Position numbers and translations under genes: made by a program
Virus record (IMG/VR): IMGVR_UViG_2554235297_000015
Source of the DNA: a virus
Lineage: Duplodnaviria > Heunggongvirae > Uroviricota > Caudoviricetes
DNA length: 32,474 bases
Reading direction: 5' to 3' (one strand)
In this document: positions 1-8,614 of the stretch, in pieces
How the letters are laid out: each line of letters begins with the position of its first letter
Numbering within the stretch: position 1 is the stretch's first letter
The notes under the pieces: model-generated
Told to the model about the DNA's origin: nothing
Databases searched by the model: none
Seen by the model: the letters and a program-made list of their open reading frames with translations, nothing else

Positions 1-237
1 ATGATGGTTAGAAATGAAGTAATGAACAAAGACTGGCACCGCGAGTACATCGTTGCCGCTGTGCACACCAAAGGTTTTACATTGCGTGAACTTTCTGAAC
101 GCGCTGGTCTAAAAAAAGACTCTTTAAAAAATGCACTGTATCGCTCATGCCCTAAATATGAACGCATCATAGCCGATGCTATTGGTGTGGAACCTGCGGA
201 GATCTGGCCAAGCCGGTATGCCAGTAAGGCGGCGTAA
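1..237 (+). CDS. ner: Ner-like DNA-binding protein (Ner/Nlp family)
   Basis: 78 aa; conserved DWHR near the N-terminus and IWPSRY near the C-terminus, as in Mu Ner and E. coli Nlp. Lies immediately upstream of the transposase, overlapping it by 1 nt (TAATG). Confidence 0.8.
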   Translation: MMVRNEVMNKDWHREYIVAAVHTKGFTLRELSERAGLKKDSLKNALYRSCPKYERIIADAIGVEPAEIWPSRYASKAA

Positions 238-2279
238 TGTTTTATTCAGCCAATGAGCTGGCCGGTCTTCCTGGTTTGCCCGGTACAGTTCAGGGGGTGC
301 GCTGGACGCTCAATCGGATCACAGAGACGCACCCAGAATGGAAGCGCAAGCGCGAAGGCACCAAAGCATTCGAGTATCACATCGACTGCCTGCCCGCTGA
401 AGCGCAGAAAGTTTTACGTAAGCGCCTGACTCATCAGGTCCTGGAAGATGCACAACTGCCCGCCGTAGTTGAGCAGAAAGCAGTTAAAAACGTCGCCGTT
501 CGCGATGAACTGGAGGTGATGGTCAAATGCCCGGAGCTGGCATTACGCGAAGTCCAGTCACTGACCGACAAGCAAAAGGCCATCGCTGATGCGCGGATAT
601 TGCTGGCTACTGAAGTGCATAAGCTGCGCGAGTATGCCGGAATGACCAGGAAGGCCGCTTTAAAGCACATCGTTGATGGTGTGCGCATGGGGGCGTTACC
701 TGACCGCATTATCGAAGCAGCGAATACTGCAAATGCACGTCAGGGAAAGCGAACCGGTGTCAGCACCGGCAGCCTGGATAGCTGGTACTCCAGCTGGGTG
801 ATGGCGCGCGGTGATGCCAATCAGTTACTGGCGTTACTGGCTCCCGGTCATCATAAGGGAACACCGTGGGAGCAGGTCTGGTGGTTGAGCGATTTCTTTA
901 TGTTCTATCGCTCATGGAAGCGCCCGACTGTTGAATATGCGTATCGTGAGTTTTCAGCCTGGTGGCATGAAAAACACGCGAATGATGCGGGAATGCTGGC
1001 GGCACTGCCTTCAGTTCACGCAGTAAGACGGGTGTTAAGCAGCGTCCCGGTGATTGTTAAAGAGCGTTTCCGCTCCACCGGTTCAGCCTGGCGTTCGCTC
1101 AATCCCTTTGTGCGGCGCGACTGGACATCATTACCGGTTAATGCGGTATGGGTCGGGGATGGTCACTGTATGAAAATGACCGCGTTTAACCCCCTGACCG
1201 GCAATATTTTCCGGCCAGAAGTGACGCTGGTTATGGATGCGGGGCAACGCTTTGTTGTGGGCTGGTCACTGTCCCTGTCGGAGAACGTGATAGCCGTTGC
1301 TGATGCGTTACGTTACGGCATGGCGCAGCACGGGATACCGCTGATTTATTACTCCGATAACGGGGGCGGTGAAAAAAACCGGGTGCTTGATGCCGATATT
1401 ACCGGGATTCTGCCCCGGCTGGGTGTGGAACATCACACGGGGATACCAGGTAACCCGCAGGGGCGCGGGGTGATTGAACGGGCAAACAAAGGAATACCCA
1501 AAGACGTGGCTCTGAGTTTCCAGACGTACTGCGCAAGGGATGCAGACAAGGAAACCGTAATGATGCAGCAACGGATTATGCAGTCAGCCATTAAGGCCAC
1601 CCACAAAGGGAAAGAACTGACAAAACGGCAGGTTAAGGCGAGGGATGAAATCCCCACCTTTGAGCAACTGCTGGCAGCCATAGAGCTGGAGGTCAGACGC
1701 TATAACAACCGGCCACACAGCAGCCTACCCCGCAAAGAGGATGGCGAATATTACAGCCCGGCAGCGTATCGCCGGAAACTGATAAAAGAGCAGAATGTTG
1801 AAATTGATTTCCTGTCGCCGGAAGAACTGCATGAAATGTTCAGACCGGAAGTGACGCGCAAAACATTTCGCGGGGAAATTCAGTTATTCAACAATATTTA
1901 TTACTCATATGATCTGGCCGCAGAGCACGGGAATGAAGTCAGGGTCAGTTACGATATTCATGATGCAAACAGCGTCATTGTCCGGCGGGCTGATGGCTCT
2001 TATATCTGCGATGCCATCTGGAACGGTAACAAGGTTGATGCCTTCGCTAAACCAGTTATCGAACAAAAACTGGAGAAACGCGTCAGGGGCCGCATTGCAC
2101 GGGCTACGCAGAAAATCGAAGAGGCTAAACGCGAGCTTACCCCGGCTATTACGCAGAAGCCTGACTTTAATCTGGGATATGGACTGGAGCGCCCGGAGAA
2201 AAAGGAAAAAGAAGAACTTTATTTATTCGCATCTGAACGCGAGCGCAATTTAAAGAAAAACGGCACAAACAACCGTTAA
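237..2279 (+). CDS. MuA-like DDE transposase
   Basis: 680 aa. N-terminal region resembles the MuA DNA-binding domain (NELAGLPGLP...). Central integrase-core-like region (WVGDGH...SDNGGGEKN). Size and position match Mu A. Confidence 0.9.
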   Translation: MFYSANELAGLPGLPGTVQGVRWTLNRITETHPEWKRKREGTKAFEYHIDCLPAEAQKVLRKRLTHQVLEDAQLPAVVEQKAVKNVAVRDELEVMVKCPELALREVQSLTDKQKAIADARILLATEVHKLREYAGMTRKAALKHIVDGVRMGALPDRIIEAANTANARQGKRTGVSTGSLDSWYSSWVMARGDANQLLALLAPGHHKGTPWEQVWWLSDFFMFYRSWKRPTVEYAYREFSAWWHEKHANDAGMLAALPSVHAVRRVLSSVPVIVKERFRSTGSAWRSLNPFVRRDWTSLPVNAVWVGDGHCMKMTAFNPLTGNIFRPEVTLVMDAGQRFVVGWSLSLSENVIAVADALRYGMAQHGIPLIYYSDNGGGEKNRVLDADITGILPRLGVEHHTGIPGNPQGRGVIERANKGIPKDVALSFQTYCARDADKETVMMQQRIMQSAIKATHKGKELTKRQVKARDEIPTFEQLLAAIELEVRRYNNRPHSSLPRKEDGEYYSPAAYRRKLIKEQNVEIDFLSPEELHEMFRPEVTRKTFRGEIQLFNNIYYSYDLAAEHGNEVRVSYDIHDANSVIVRRADGSYICDAIWNGNKVDAFAKPVIEQKLEKRVRGRIARATQKIEEAKRELTPAITQKPDFNLGYGLERPEKKEKEELYLFASERERNLKKNGTNNR

Positions 2280-2297
2280 TTTAAAAGGTATTTAATT

Positions 2298-3191
2298 ATG
2301 AGTTTAATTACGCAATTAAATGACGTAATGGCCCGTCGCGGCTATACGCAGACCCACGTCGCCCGTGCTATTGGTCGTAGCAGCGCCGTTATCAACCAGT
2401 ATTTACAGGGTAAATATCAGGGCGATATGGCTGATATTGAAGAACGCATTTCTGCCTTTGTGACCCGTGAGCGGGAAAAGGAAAACAGCCGCCGTATTAA
2501 AGCGAAATTTGTTGCCACCGGTATGGCTGCCAAAGGACTGGAAGTGCTGGCCTATGCTCACCTGGAATGTGAAATCTGCGTACTGTATGGCGCGGCAGGT
2601 CTTGGCAAAACAATGATTCTGCGTGAATACGCCGCCAGAAACCGGGATGCGGTCCTGATTGAAGCTGACCCGGGCTATACAGCCAGAACACTGCTTGAGG
2701 AGCTGTGCCGCCAGCTGGGGGTAAAAGTTCGCGGCAATATCCACGAACTGATTGATGCATGTGTGCGAGAACTGCGTGATTCCGGTCGCCTGCTGATGGT
2801 GGACGAGGCTGAACTGCTCCCCTATCGCGCACTGGAGGTTCTGCGCCGTCTGCATGACAAAGCGGGTATCGGGATTGTCCTGGCGGGTATGCCACGCCTT
2901 CTGATTAACCTCAAGGGACGTCGCGGTGAGTTCGCCCAGTTATACAGCCGTGTGGCGCTGGCGCTTAACCTGGGCGATACGCTGTCGCAGGAAGATTTTA
3001 ACCAGATAGCCACCGGGCTGATGCCGGAAGCAGTAGAACCGGAAATCAGCGAGGCGCTTTACGAACGCTCGCTGGGTAATGCCCGCCGCCTCTTCAAACT
3101 GGCGCGCGGTGTGTACCGGATTTGTGATATCAGCGATGCACCGGTCAGTGTGCAGGCCATTGATAAATTCGCAGAAATGTTAATTCACTGA
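2298..3191 (+). CDS. MuB-like AAA+ ATPase, transposition target-DNA activator
   Basis: 297 aa. Walker A GAAGLGKT, Walker B-like LLMVDEAE, N-terminal HTH-like segment. Sits directly after the transposase as in Mu. Confidence 0.85.
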   Translation: MSLITQLNDVMARRGYTQTHVARAIGRSSAVINQYLQGKYQGDMADIEERISAFVTREREKENSRRIKAKFVATGMAAKGLEVLAYAHLECEICVLYGAAGLGKTMILREYAARNRDAVLIEADPGYTARTLLEELCRQLGVKVRGNIHELIDACVRELRDSGRLLMVDEAELLPYRALEVLRRLHDKAGIGIVLAGMPRLLINLKGRRGEFAQLYSRVALALNLGDTLSQEDFNQIATGLMPEAVEPEISEALYERSLGNARRLFKLARGVYRICDISDAPVSVQAIDKFAEMLIH

Positions 3192-3430
3192 TGGAGAACA
3201 AGACGATGGACAAGCAGACCATTAACGCCGTCCGTTCCCGTGCCCGTGTGGCCATCCACACCACTGGTGGTCGTGTAACGGGACAACATCACCGTTTACC
3301 TGTGGTTTATGCCTGCCCGCCCGTGGGTGGTCCTGTATGGCCGGTAACGGAAATCATCCAGACATTCAGCGGCCTGCGCCGCGTGGTGAAAACATCCTGT
3401 ATCGACGGCTGCACCGTCGTATGGCAATGA
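3191..3430 (+). CDS. hypothetical early protein with several Cys residues
   Basis: ORF overlaps the B stop. The more likely start is ATG 3206, preceded by GGAGAA with a 7 nt spacer. No recognisable family. Confidence 0.4.
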   Translation: MENKTMDKQTINAVRSRARVAIHTTGGRVTGQHHRLPVVYACPPVGGPVWPVTEIIQTFSGLRRVVKTSCIDGCTVVWQ

Positions 3431-3686
3431 GAGGAAATCAGAATGGCGGTCAAGTTAGAAGTAATTATCTACACCGATGAAAATGGCACGCTTCGTGTCA
3501 GGAGTATGGGGGCTATTGATAAAAAGGATTTACGGATGAAGAGGTCGGTGTAAGACAACGGTTATGGGAGGTAATGAATCAAACTCTTAATAAAGAATTT
3601 AACGGCGTTGATTTATTTTCTGTTGGCGTGGAACCCTGCGCGCATAACACACATTAATCTGTAAATATCACTGAGGTAATTTAATT

Positions 3687-4331
3687 ATGACGACTGAAAA
3701 TAAAGTTAAGCAATACACGAAAACTCAAGCGCCTGAAGGTTACTGGGTGGATGCCCGTGGCGTAATGACACCTGAAAGCCTTATCAAAGATATTGACCGC
3801 GACCGCGAGCAGCTGGTCGGTGAGCTTGTGGAGATGGTGATTGCTGCCTCCGCCTCACTGCGGGAACTGAAACTGCGTGCGTTTGGTGATATTCAGGCGT
3901 TTATTGACCTGTCGGCGGAGAAATACGGCGCTGTGAAAGGCGGTAAAAAAGGGAATATCACGCTTTACAGCTTTGACGGGCGTTACAAGATTCAGCGCGC
4001 CATGCAGGACCGTATCGCGTTTGATGAACGCATTCAGACCGCGAAGTCGCTGATTGATGATTGCCTGGCTGACTGGACGGAAGATGCACGCCCTGAAATT
4101 AAGGCCATCATCAGTGAGGCATTCAGCACGGACAAGGAAGGCAACATCAACACCGGTCGCGTTCTGGCCCTGCGTCGCCTCGAGATTGAGGACGAACGCT
4201 GGAATAACGCCATGTCGCTGATTGGTGAAGCCGTCCAGGTAATTGGCAGCAAAAGCTATATCCGCGTGTATGAGCGCGTCGGTGATTCTGCTGAATACCG
4301 CGCAATCCCGCTTGATATTGCAGGGGTTTAA
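3687..4331 (+). CDS. hypothetical early protein, 214 aa (possibly a DUF3164-type Mu-like prophage protein)
   Basis: Long clean ORF with GAGGT upstream of the ATG. The family assignment is from memory only. Confidence 0.6.
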   Translation: MTTENKVKQYTKTQAPEGYWVDARGVMTPESLIKDIDRDREQLVGELVEMVIAASASLRELKLRAFGDIQAFIDLSAEKYGAVKGGKKGNITLYSFDGRYKIQRAMQDRIAFDERIQTAKSLIDDCLADWTEDARPEIKAIISEAFSTDKEGNINTGRVLALRRLEIEDERWNNAMSLIGEAVQVIGSKSYIRVYERVGDSAEYRAIPLDIAGV

Positions 4332-4332
4332 C

Positions 4333-4566
4333 ATGCATCAGGATATCAAAGAGTACAGGGCTGGGAACCGTTGCGCAGCGTATTCGCTGGGCGCGTCCAG
4401 AGCAGAACAACGCGGCGATTATGCCGAAGCTGAAAAACTGTGGCGTAAGGCAGCACAAAGCCCGTGTAGTACCCTGCGCCGCATCTGGGCGGAACACCGG
4501 GCAGAGTTCTGTGCCAATGCTCACCTGAAAGGATGGAAGCCGCCTCATGAACGCGAAACGCTTTAA
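4333..4566 (+). CDS. hypothetical early protein, 77 aa
   Basis: ATG 4333 preceded by AGGGG with a 6 nt spacer, two bases after the upstream stop. The ORF-track start at 4243 overlaps the upstream gene and is less likely. Confidence 0.5.
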   Translation: MHQDIKEYRAGNRCAAYSLGASRAEQRGDYAEAEKLWRKAAQSPCSTLRRIWAEHRAEFCANAHLKGWKPPHERETL

Positions 4567-4738
4567 TCAGCTATATCCGCCAGGGACTCGCTTCATGCAC
4601 ATTGCACATCGGGCAGTGCGTGGTGGTCGGGTGGTAAAAACTGTTGCACCTGCCAGAGATTTTAAATGTGGTTGTGTGGTTGAAATTAATGTCGAGCCTT
4701 ATTTCGTTAAAGTCGAAACACTGAAAGCACCGCATTAA
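4547..4738 (+). CDS. hypothetical early protein, 63 aa
   Basis: Start overlaps the end of the upstream gene. No family recognised. Confidence 0.4.
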   Translation: MNAKRFNQLYPPGTRFMHIAHRAVRGGRVVKTVAPARDFKCGCVVEINVEPYFVKVETLKAPH

Positions 4739-4768
4739 TTTAATTTGTTTTTAATTGTTATTTAAAAC

Positions 4769-4800
4769 AGGCGTAAACCCGCAGGGGCTGGCTTACGCCT
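4769..4800 (-). terminator. stem-loop downstream of the reverse-oriented gene, putative terminator
   Basis: AGGCGTAA ... TTACGCCT inverted repeat (8 bp stem). On the - strand it is followed by an A/T-rich tract. On the + strand no T-run follows. Confidence 0.4.
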
Positions 4801-4878
4801 GAATCTGAGGAAGTTTATTTATGAATATTGCTAAGCAAAAAAAATTCGCCCGCGAAATTAATCTGACAATCGTTTGTT

Positions 4879-5097
4879 TTAATCGTCTTGCGACCAGTTC
4901 TCAATCGACAGCAGATGTTCATCCAGCGCCGCAGCCAGAACGAACTCCCCACGTTCCTGAAGGCCGTGCTGGAAGTTGCGTAATTCAGAATCCAGGGCGC
5001 TGAGGTTCAGACAGCCATTTTCTGAAAGCTGTTTAACCAGAAAGCTCCACGCAGCTTTGTTAGCAGTAATTGCTGCCGCAATTTCATCATCAATCAT
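4879..5097 (-). CDS. hypothetical acidic protein, 72 aa, reverse-oriented relative to the early operon
   Basis: The - strand ATG is preceded by AGGAG with a 7 nt spacer. A stem-loop follows the stop. It is the only convincing - strand gene in the window. Confidence 0.6.
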   Translation of the reverse strand: MIDDEIAAAITANKAAWSFLVKQLSENGCLNLSALDSELRNFQHGLQERGEFVLAAALDEHLLSIENWSQDD

Positions 5098-5131
5098 TTT
5101 TTAACTCCTGATTGGGTATGTTGGGGCAGCG

Positions 5132-5140
5132 ATTATGACA
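5132..5140 (-). promoter_or_regulatory. candidate extended -10 element (TGTCATAAT) for the reverse-oriented gene
   Basis: The - strand reads TGTCATAAT about 35 nt upstream of the - strand ATG, inside an 88 bp divergent intergenic region. Confidence 0.3.
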
Positions 5141-5185
5141 AGTGTTTTGTGGTTATAAGTTGATCAAAAACAATGAGTTACAACC

Positions 5186-5896
5186 ATGAAAGATAAATAC
5201 ATTGCCAAAATCAAAAAACTGTTACGCCTTGCCAAAGGAACATCAAGCCCGGAAGAAGCCGCTAACGCTATTGCAAAAGCCCAGGCTTATATGCGCCAGC
5301 ATGGTATCAGCGAAAACGACGCGGAATTGTTCGACATTCAGGAAGCTGCCAGCGCGGGTGCGCCGAGTGACGCCAGTACGCCGCCGCGTTATATGCACAT
5401 CCTGTGTGACCTGGTCTGTAAAGCCTTCGGTGTCGAGTGTTACATCTCCGGCGAATACCGGGCTTCTGGTTCACTTAAACGTTACGTGCGTTTTTATGGT
5501 CCTGACAGCCGCCCGGAAATCGCGGCTTACGCGTTTGATGTGCTTTCCCGTCAGATGATGGCAGAGCGCAAGAAATATCAGGATAAACACTGCAAACGTT
5601 GTGGTCCGTCCACGCGGGTAGCCCGTGGCGACCAGTTCTGCGAAGGCTGGGTCTTTGGTGCCCGTGATGTCATTGCGGTGTATGACGTCTCCCCGGAAGA
5701 AAAAAGCCGCCTTGAGCTTTACAGAAAGAACCTGCACAGCACTAAGGGACTGCGCGACGGGGATATGCGCACAGCTAAAGCGTGTCGGGGTGCAGAGTTT
5801 GCCGCTACTGCCGGTTTTATCGCCGGGAAGAACGCCAGGCTGCATCAGGGGGTTAATGGTCAGAGCAACAGACCGCTGGCACTGGGGAGGGTGTAA
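5186..5896 (+). CDS. hypothetical protein with a DUF2786-like N-terminus
   Basis: 236 aa. N-terminus KIKKLLRLAKGTSSPEEAANAIAKAQAYM resembles the DUF2786 signature common in phage proteins. Cys-rich C-terminal part (CKRCG). Confidence 0.6.
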   Translation: MKDKYIAKIKKLLRLAKGTSSPEEAANAIAKAQAYMRQHGISENDAELFDIQEAASAGAPSDASTPPRYMHILCDLVCKAFGVECYISGEYRASGSLKRYVRFYGPDSRPEIAAYAFDVLSRQMMAERKKYQDKHCKRCGPSTRVARGDQFCEGWVFGARDVIAVYDVSPEEKSRLELYRKNLHSTKGLRDGDMRTAKACRGAEFAATAGFIAGKNARLHQGVNGQSNRPLALGRV

Positions 5897-5898
5897 CG

Positions 5899-6126
5899 AT
5901 GGCTTTTAAACTTCTTAGTGTTACCGAAGCAATATACCAGCCGCCCGGAGAACGCCACGAATACAGGATGAATGACGGTAGCGCGGTGGTTGAGTTCCCC
6001 GGATATCCGGGGGCTTCCCGGTGGCGGTTCTATGACAGTGTGGGACGTCGGATTATTAAAAGAACCGTGCACAACAATATGAAGGCTGCCGTAGAACGTC
6101 ATAAGAGAAGGTTTAACTGCAAATGA
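5899..6126 (+). CDS. hypothetical early protein, 75 aa
   Basis: Strong RBS GGGGAGGG 5 nt upstream of the ATG. Confidence 0.55.
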   Translation: MAFKLLSVTEAIYQPPGERHEYRMNDGSAVVEFPGYPGASRWRFYDSVGRRIIKRTVHNNMKAAVERHKRRFNCK

Positions 6127-6353
6127 AAATTGAATTTTATGACCATGGGGTCACCGCAACTATCACTATTTCTTGTTGGTTCTGGGAGTTCCACCGTTAC
6201 TTCAGAGTTGTAGATGCTGCGCTGTTTGTTGCACCGGGAGCGTTACATCACAGTGGAATCGGTATTGTTATGAACACTGTCATCAGCGGTAAAACGGTCC
6301 CGATGTTGCGGGCGTTTAAAGTGGCAAAACAGGAGGCTGGCAATGGTCATTGA
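6123..6353 (+). CDS. hypothetical early protein, 76 aa
   Basis: ATGA start/stop overlap with the upstream gene. Weak RBS. Confidence 0.35.
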   Translation: MKIEFYDHGVTATITISCWFWEFHRYFRVVDAALFVAPGALHHSGIGIVMNTVISGKTVPMLRAFKVAKQEAGNGH

Positions 6354-6657
6354 TAAAACGATAACGATAGATGTAGCCATGAATACAGGTCTGGCGCTTA
6401 TCGGTTATGGCTATATCACTTTTATGTCATTCAGGTGGTTGATTTCTTCGCTCTTTAAGCAGCGTGAAAAACATCGTTGTAAAGACAAGCGCGCGAAGGC
6501 GCTAAATGCGTTTAATGACGCTTTTGATATTGACCATATGCAACAGGGCGACCCCGCACGCGTAATTACCCGGGGAGATATTGTAATTCTTGTGTACCGG
6601 AATGAAAAAAATGAACAGGAGACAACCAGTGAGTCAGCAAACCAGAATAAGCGATAA
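6343..6657 (+). CDS. small membrane protein, 104 aa
   Basis: AGGAGG 6 nt upstream of the ATG. Hydrophobic segment GLALIGYGYITFMSFRWLISSLF followed by a charged tail. AT-rich coding sequence. Confidence 0.55.
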   Translation: MVIDKTITIDVAMNTGLALIGYGYITFMSFRWLISSLFKQREKHRCKDKRAKALNAFNDAFDIDHMQQGDPARVITRGDIVILVYRNEKNEQETTSESANQNKR

Positions 6658-6793
6658 GAGTCTGACCAGACTGATTGCCGATGCGGACAAGGTGCTGGAG
6701 CGGAACTCCCCCGTTGCCGATGAGGAATGGTGGCAGGATTTCCGGGCTGCAATGCTGGAACTTCAGGAACGTCGTCGGGAGGTGTTGAAGTGA
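6629..6793 (+). CDS. hypothetical early protein, about 54 aa
   Basis: GTG 6629 preceded by AGGAGA with a 6 nt spacer. The ORF track opens at 6590 in the same frame. Confidence 0.4.
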   Translation: MSQQTRISDKSLTRLIADADKVLERNSPVADEEWWQDFRAAMLELQERRREVLK

Positions 6794-7059
6794 GTGAATT
6801 AAAGTGTCGAATTAATGGCAATCAGATAGAACCGTGTGCGGTACTGGCAAAAGCACTCGAATATGGAAATCCAGCCTTTAAGAGTAAAGGCATATTTATC
6901 CCGGAACGCGTGAATATAAACACCGGCGAGCCAGGCTTAGACATTGCTCAAATTCACTCCGGCCAATATGTCGGTCGTGGTGTTGCCATGTGTTTTTGCC
7001 CGTTCTGTGGTGAAAGTCTGAAAACATGGAAAAAGGAGGCAACCAGTGAGCGAGATTAA
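6790..7059 (+). CDS. hypothetical Cys-rich protein, possible zinc ribbon, about 89 aa
   Basis: GTG 6790 preceded by GGGAGG with a 7 nt spacer, GTGA overlap with the upstream stop. Contains CxxxxxxxxxC and CPFCG. Confidence 0.45.
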   Translation: MSELKCRINGNQIEPCAVLAKALEYGNPAFKSKGIFIPERVNINTGEPGLDIAQIHSGQYVGRGVAMCFCPFCGESLKTWKKEATSERD

Positions 7060-7543
7060 CTATCAGGCACTGCGTGAGGTGGCAGAGGCCGCGAAGGGGG
7101 ATACGACGTGGCAGAACCTACAGGCTTTTCATGCTGCGGCTACGCCGGAGGTTGTGCAGGCGTTGCTGGATGAAAACGAAAGACTGTGTCGCGATCTGAT
7201 AGCTCGTAATGGTGAGATTGAAGGGCTTCGGGAGTGGGCAGAAGAACTGGAGGCACGGGAGGTGGCTTTGCCAGTAGCGTCATGCATTGTTGAAGATGGA
7301 TGCATGTGTGTTGATGGGTTCAGTGAGTATGTAGGTCACTCGCTACCTGATGGAATGCATGAGCTTTATGCTGCCCCGCCAGCGTCGGTAGTGCCGGAAG
7401 GACTAGTTAAAGCAGTGCGTTTCTATGAACAGGTAAAGTGTGAGAATCCGCCAGTCGAAACCGGAGCATGGAAAGACGCGGTTGACTGGGTACTCAACGA
7501 GGCTTGCCAGGCTGTAAATATTGACGCCAAAGGAGGTGCGTAA
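7046..7543 (+). CDS. hypothetical protein, possibly Ead/Ea22-like
   Basis: GTG start preceded by AAGGAGG. N-terminus ALREVAEAAKGDTTWQ...AATPEVVQALLDENERL resembles the Ead/Ea22 prophage family. The family call is from memory. Confidence 0.5.
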   Translation: MSEINYQALREVAEAAKGDTTWQNLQAFHAAATPEVVQALLDENERLCRDLIARNGEIEGLREWAEELEAREVALPVASCIVEDGCMCVDGFSEYVGHSLPDGMHELYAAPPASVVPEGLVKAVRFYEQVKCENPPVETGAWKDAVDWVLNEACQAVNIDAKGGA

Positions 7544-7712
7544 TGCGTGTAGCGTTTATCGGTTTATTACCATACCCGACTCGTTTTTGGGCTTCTGCGC
7601 TAATTGCAAAGCCACATGCCCTGATGGCTGACAGCATCATCCCGGCACAAAAGCGCCATACCGGTATTGCTGCTGCACGACGCGAAGCAAAGAAACGCAG
7701 GAGAGCAAAATG
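7544..7712 (+). CDS. small basic protein, 56 aa
   Basis: Not in the ORF track (below its size cutoff). TAATG overlap with the upstream stop, ATGA overlap with the downstream start. Confidence 0.3.
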
Positions 7713-7898
7713 ATGAAAAACCGTAAGGCAAGACTGCTGATAGCAAAGCCAGGGCAACTTATCCGTATCTCAAATCGACTTGTTGTTCACTATAGATATC
7801 TTGGTTTTAGGGAGTGGTCCTCTATTCGTTTTTACGGTGTCTGGCGAAACAGAAGCGCGACACAAAACCGCTGGAAGAATCACACTAACGCAAAGTAA
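7710..7898 (+). CDS. hypothetical early protein, 62 aa
   Basis: AGGAGA upstream of the ATG. Confidence 0.4.
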   Translation: MMKNRKARLLIAKPGQLIRISNRLVVHYRYLGFREWSSIRFYGVWRNRSATQNRWKNHTNAK

Positions 7899-7915
7899 TT
7901 AAATAATAACCAATA

Positions 7916-7943
7916 GCAGACCAAAAAGTATTTTTTGGTCTGC
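7916..7943. promoter_or_regulatory. perfect 12 bp-stem palindrome (GCAGACCAAAAA gtat TTTTTGGTCTGC)
   Basis: Seen directly in sequence, followed by a second short inverted repeat CCAAAA-N6-TTTTGG (7943..7960). Lies in a 60 bp gap after the run of small early ORFs. Confidence 0.45.
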
Positions 7944-7956
7944 CAAAAGTGATGTT

Positions 7957-8244
7957 TTGGTCATTATGAAGATTGAACAAATCGGAATGGCAGCTTTCAG
8001 GCAACAGGCTGAAAGCGGTGGCGTGGATGAGTTCGTCGTGCAGCGGTTCGGTGGTGTGTATCATCTATTCGCTGTGAATCGCCGCGCCGGGGTGTCCTAT
8101 TTTCTACAGGAACGTCGTGGCGATTACAAGACATGGCTGTCTCTTGACCGTGCCGCTGCGTTCTTGTCAGGGATTGGCGTTTCACGTTTTACCGTGCGTT
8201 TTGAGGATAACAAACATGCTGAAAAAGATGATCGGGGCCATTAA
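7957..8244 (+). CDS. hypothetical protein, 95 aa
   Basis: ORF whose 3' end overlaps the gemA start. Alternative start ATG 7966. Confidence 0.4.
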   Translation: MVIMKIEQIGMAAFRQQAESGGVDEFVVQRFGGVYHLFAVNRRAGVSYFLQERRGDYKTWLSLDRAAAFLSGIGVSRFTVRFEDNKHAEKDDRGH

Positions 8245-8614
8245 AGCCGGTCAGGCGTATCTGGGGTGGGATGATGCCCTTTATCGCCAGACGCTGGCCC
8301 GCCTGACCGGTAAAACCAGCACCACACGCTGCAATCTCGATGAACTGCGCATCATCCGGGAATACATGCACGAACAGGGATTCCCGCGCAAGGCACCCGC
8401 TGGTAAAGGTCGCCGCCCTCGTGTTGCAATGAGCAGAAAATCAGTATTATCCAAAATTGAAGCGTTGCTGGCTGATGCCGGTCGTTCCTGGGCGTATGCA
8501 GAAGGACTGGCATCTCACATGTATAAGCAACATGTGATCGAATGGCTGACGGATGAACAGCTTTTTGGAGTGATGGTGGCGCTGGTTAAAGATTCAAGAA
8601 GGAGAAATCAATGA
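8216..8614 (+). CDS. gemA: GemA-like protein (Mu gp16 family)
   Basis: N-terminus MLKKMIGAIKAGQAYLGWDDALYRQTLARLTGK resembles Mu GemA. GAGGAT 7 nt upstream of ATG 8216. The ORF track opens the same frame earlier at 8117. Confidence 0.75.
   Translation: MLKKMIGAIKAGQAYLGWDDALYRQTLARLTGKTSTTRCNLDELRIIREYMHEQGFPRKAPAGKGRRPRVAMSRKSVLSKIEALLADAGRSWAYAEGLASHMYKQHVIEWLTDEQLFGVMVALVKDSRRRNQ

Noticed and set aside
4821-5003. 60 aa + strand ORF overlapping the reverse-oriented gene
   Set aside because: Overlaps the - strand gene, which has a far better RBS and a downstream stem-loop. Kept only as a less likely alternative.
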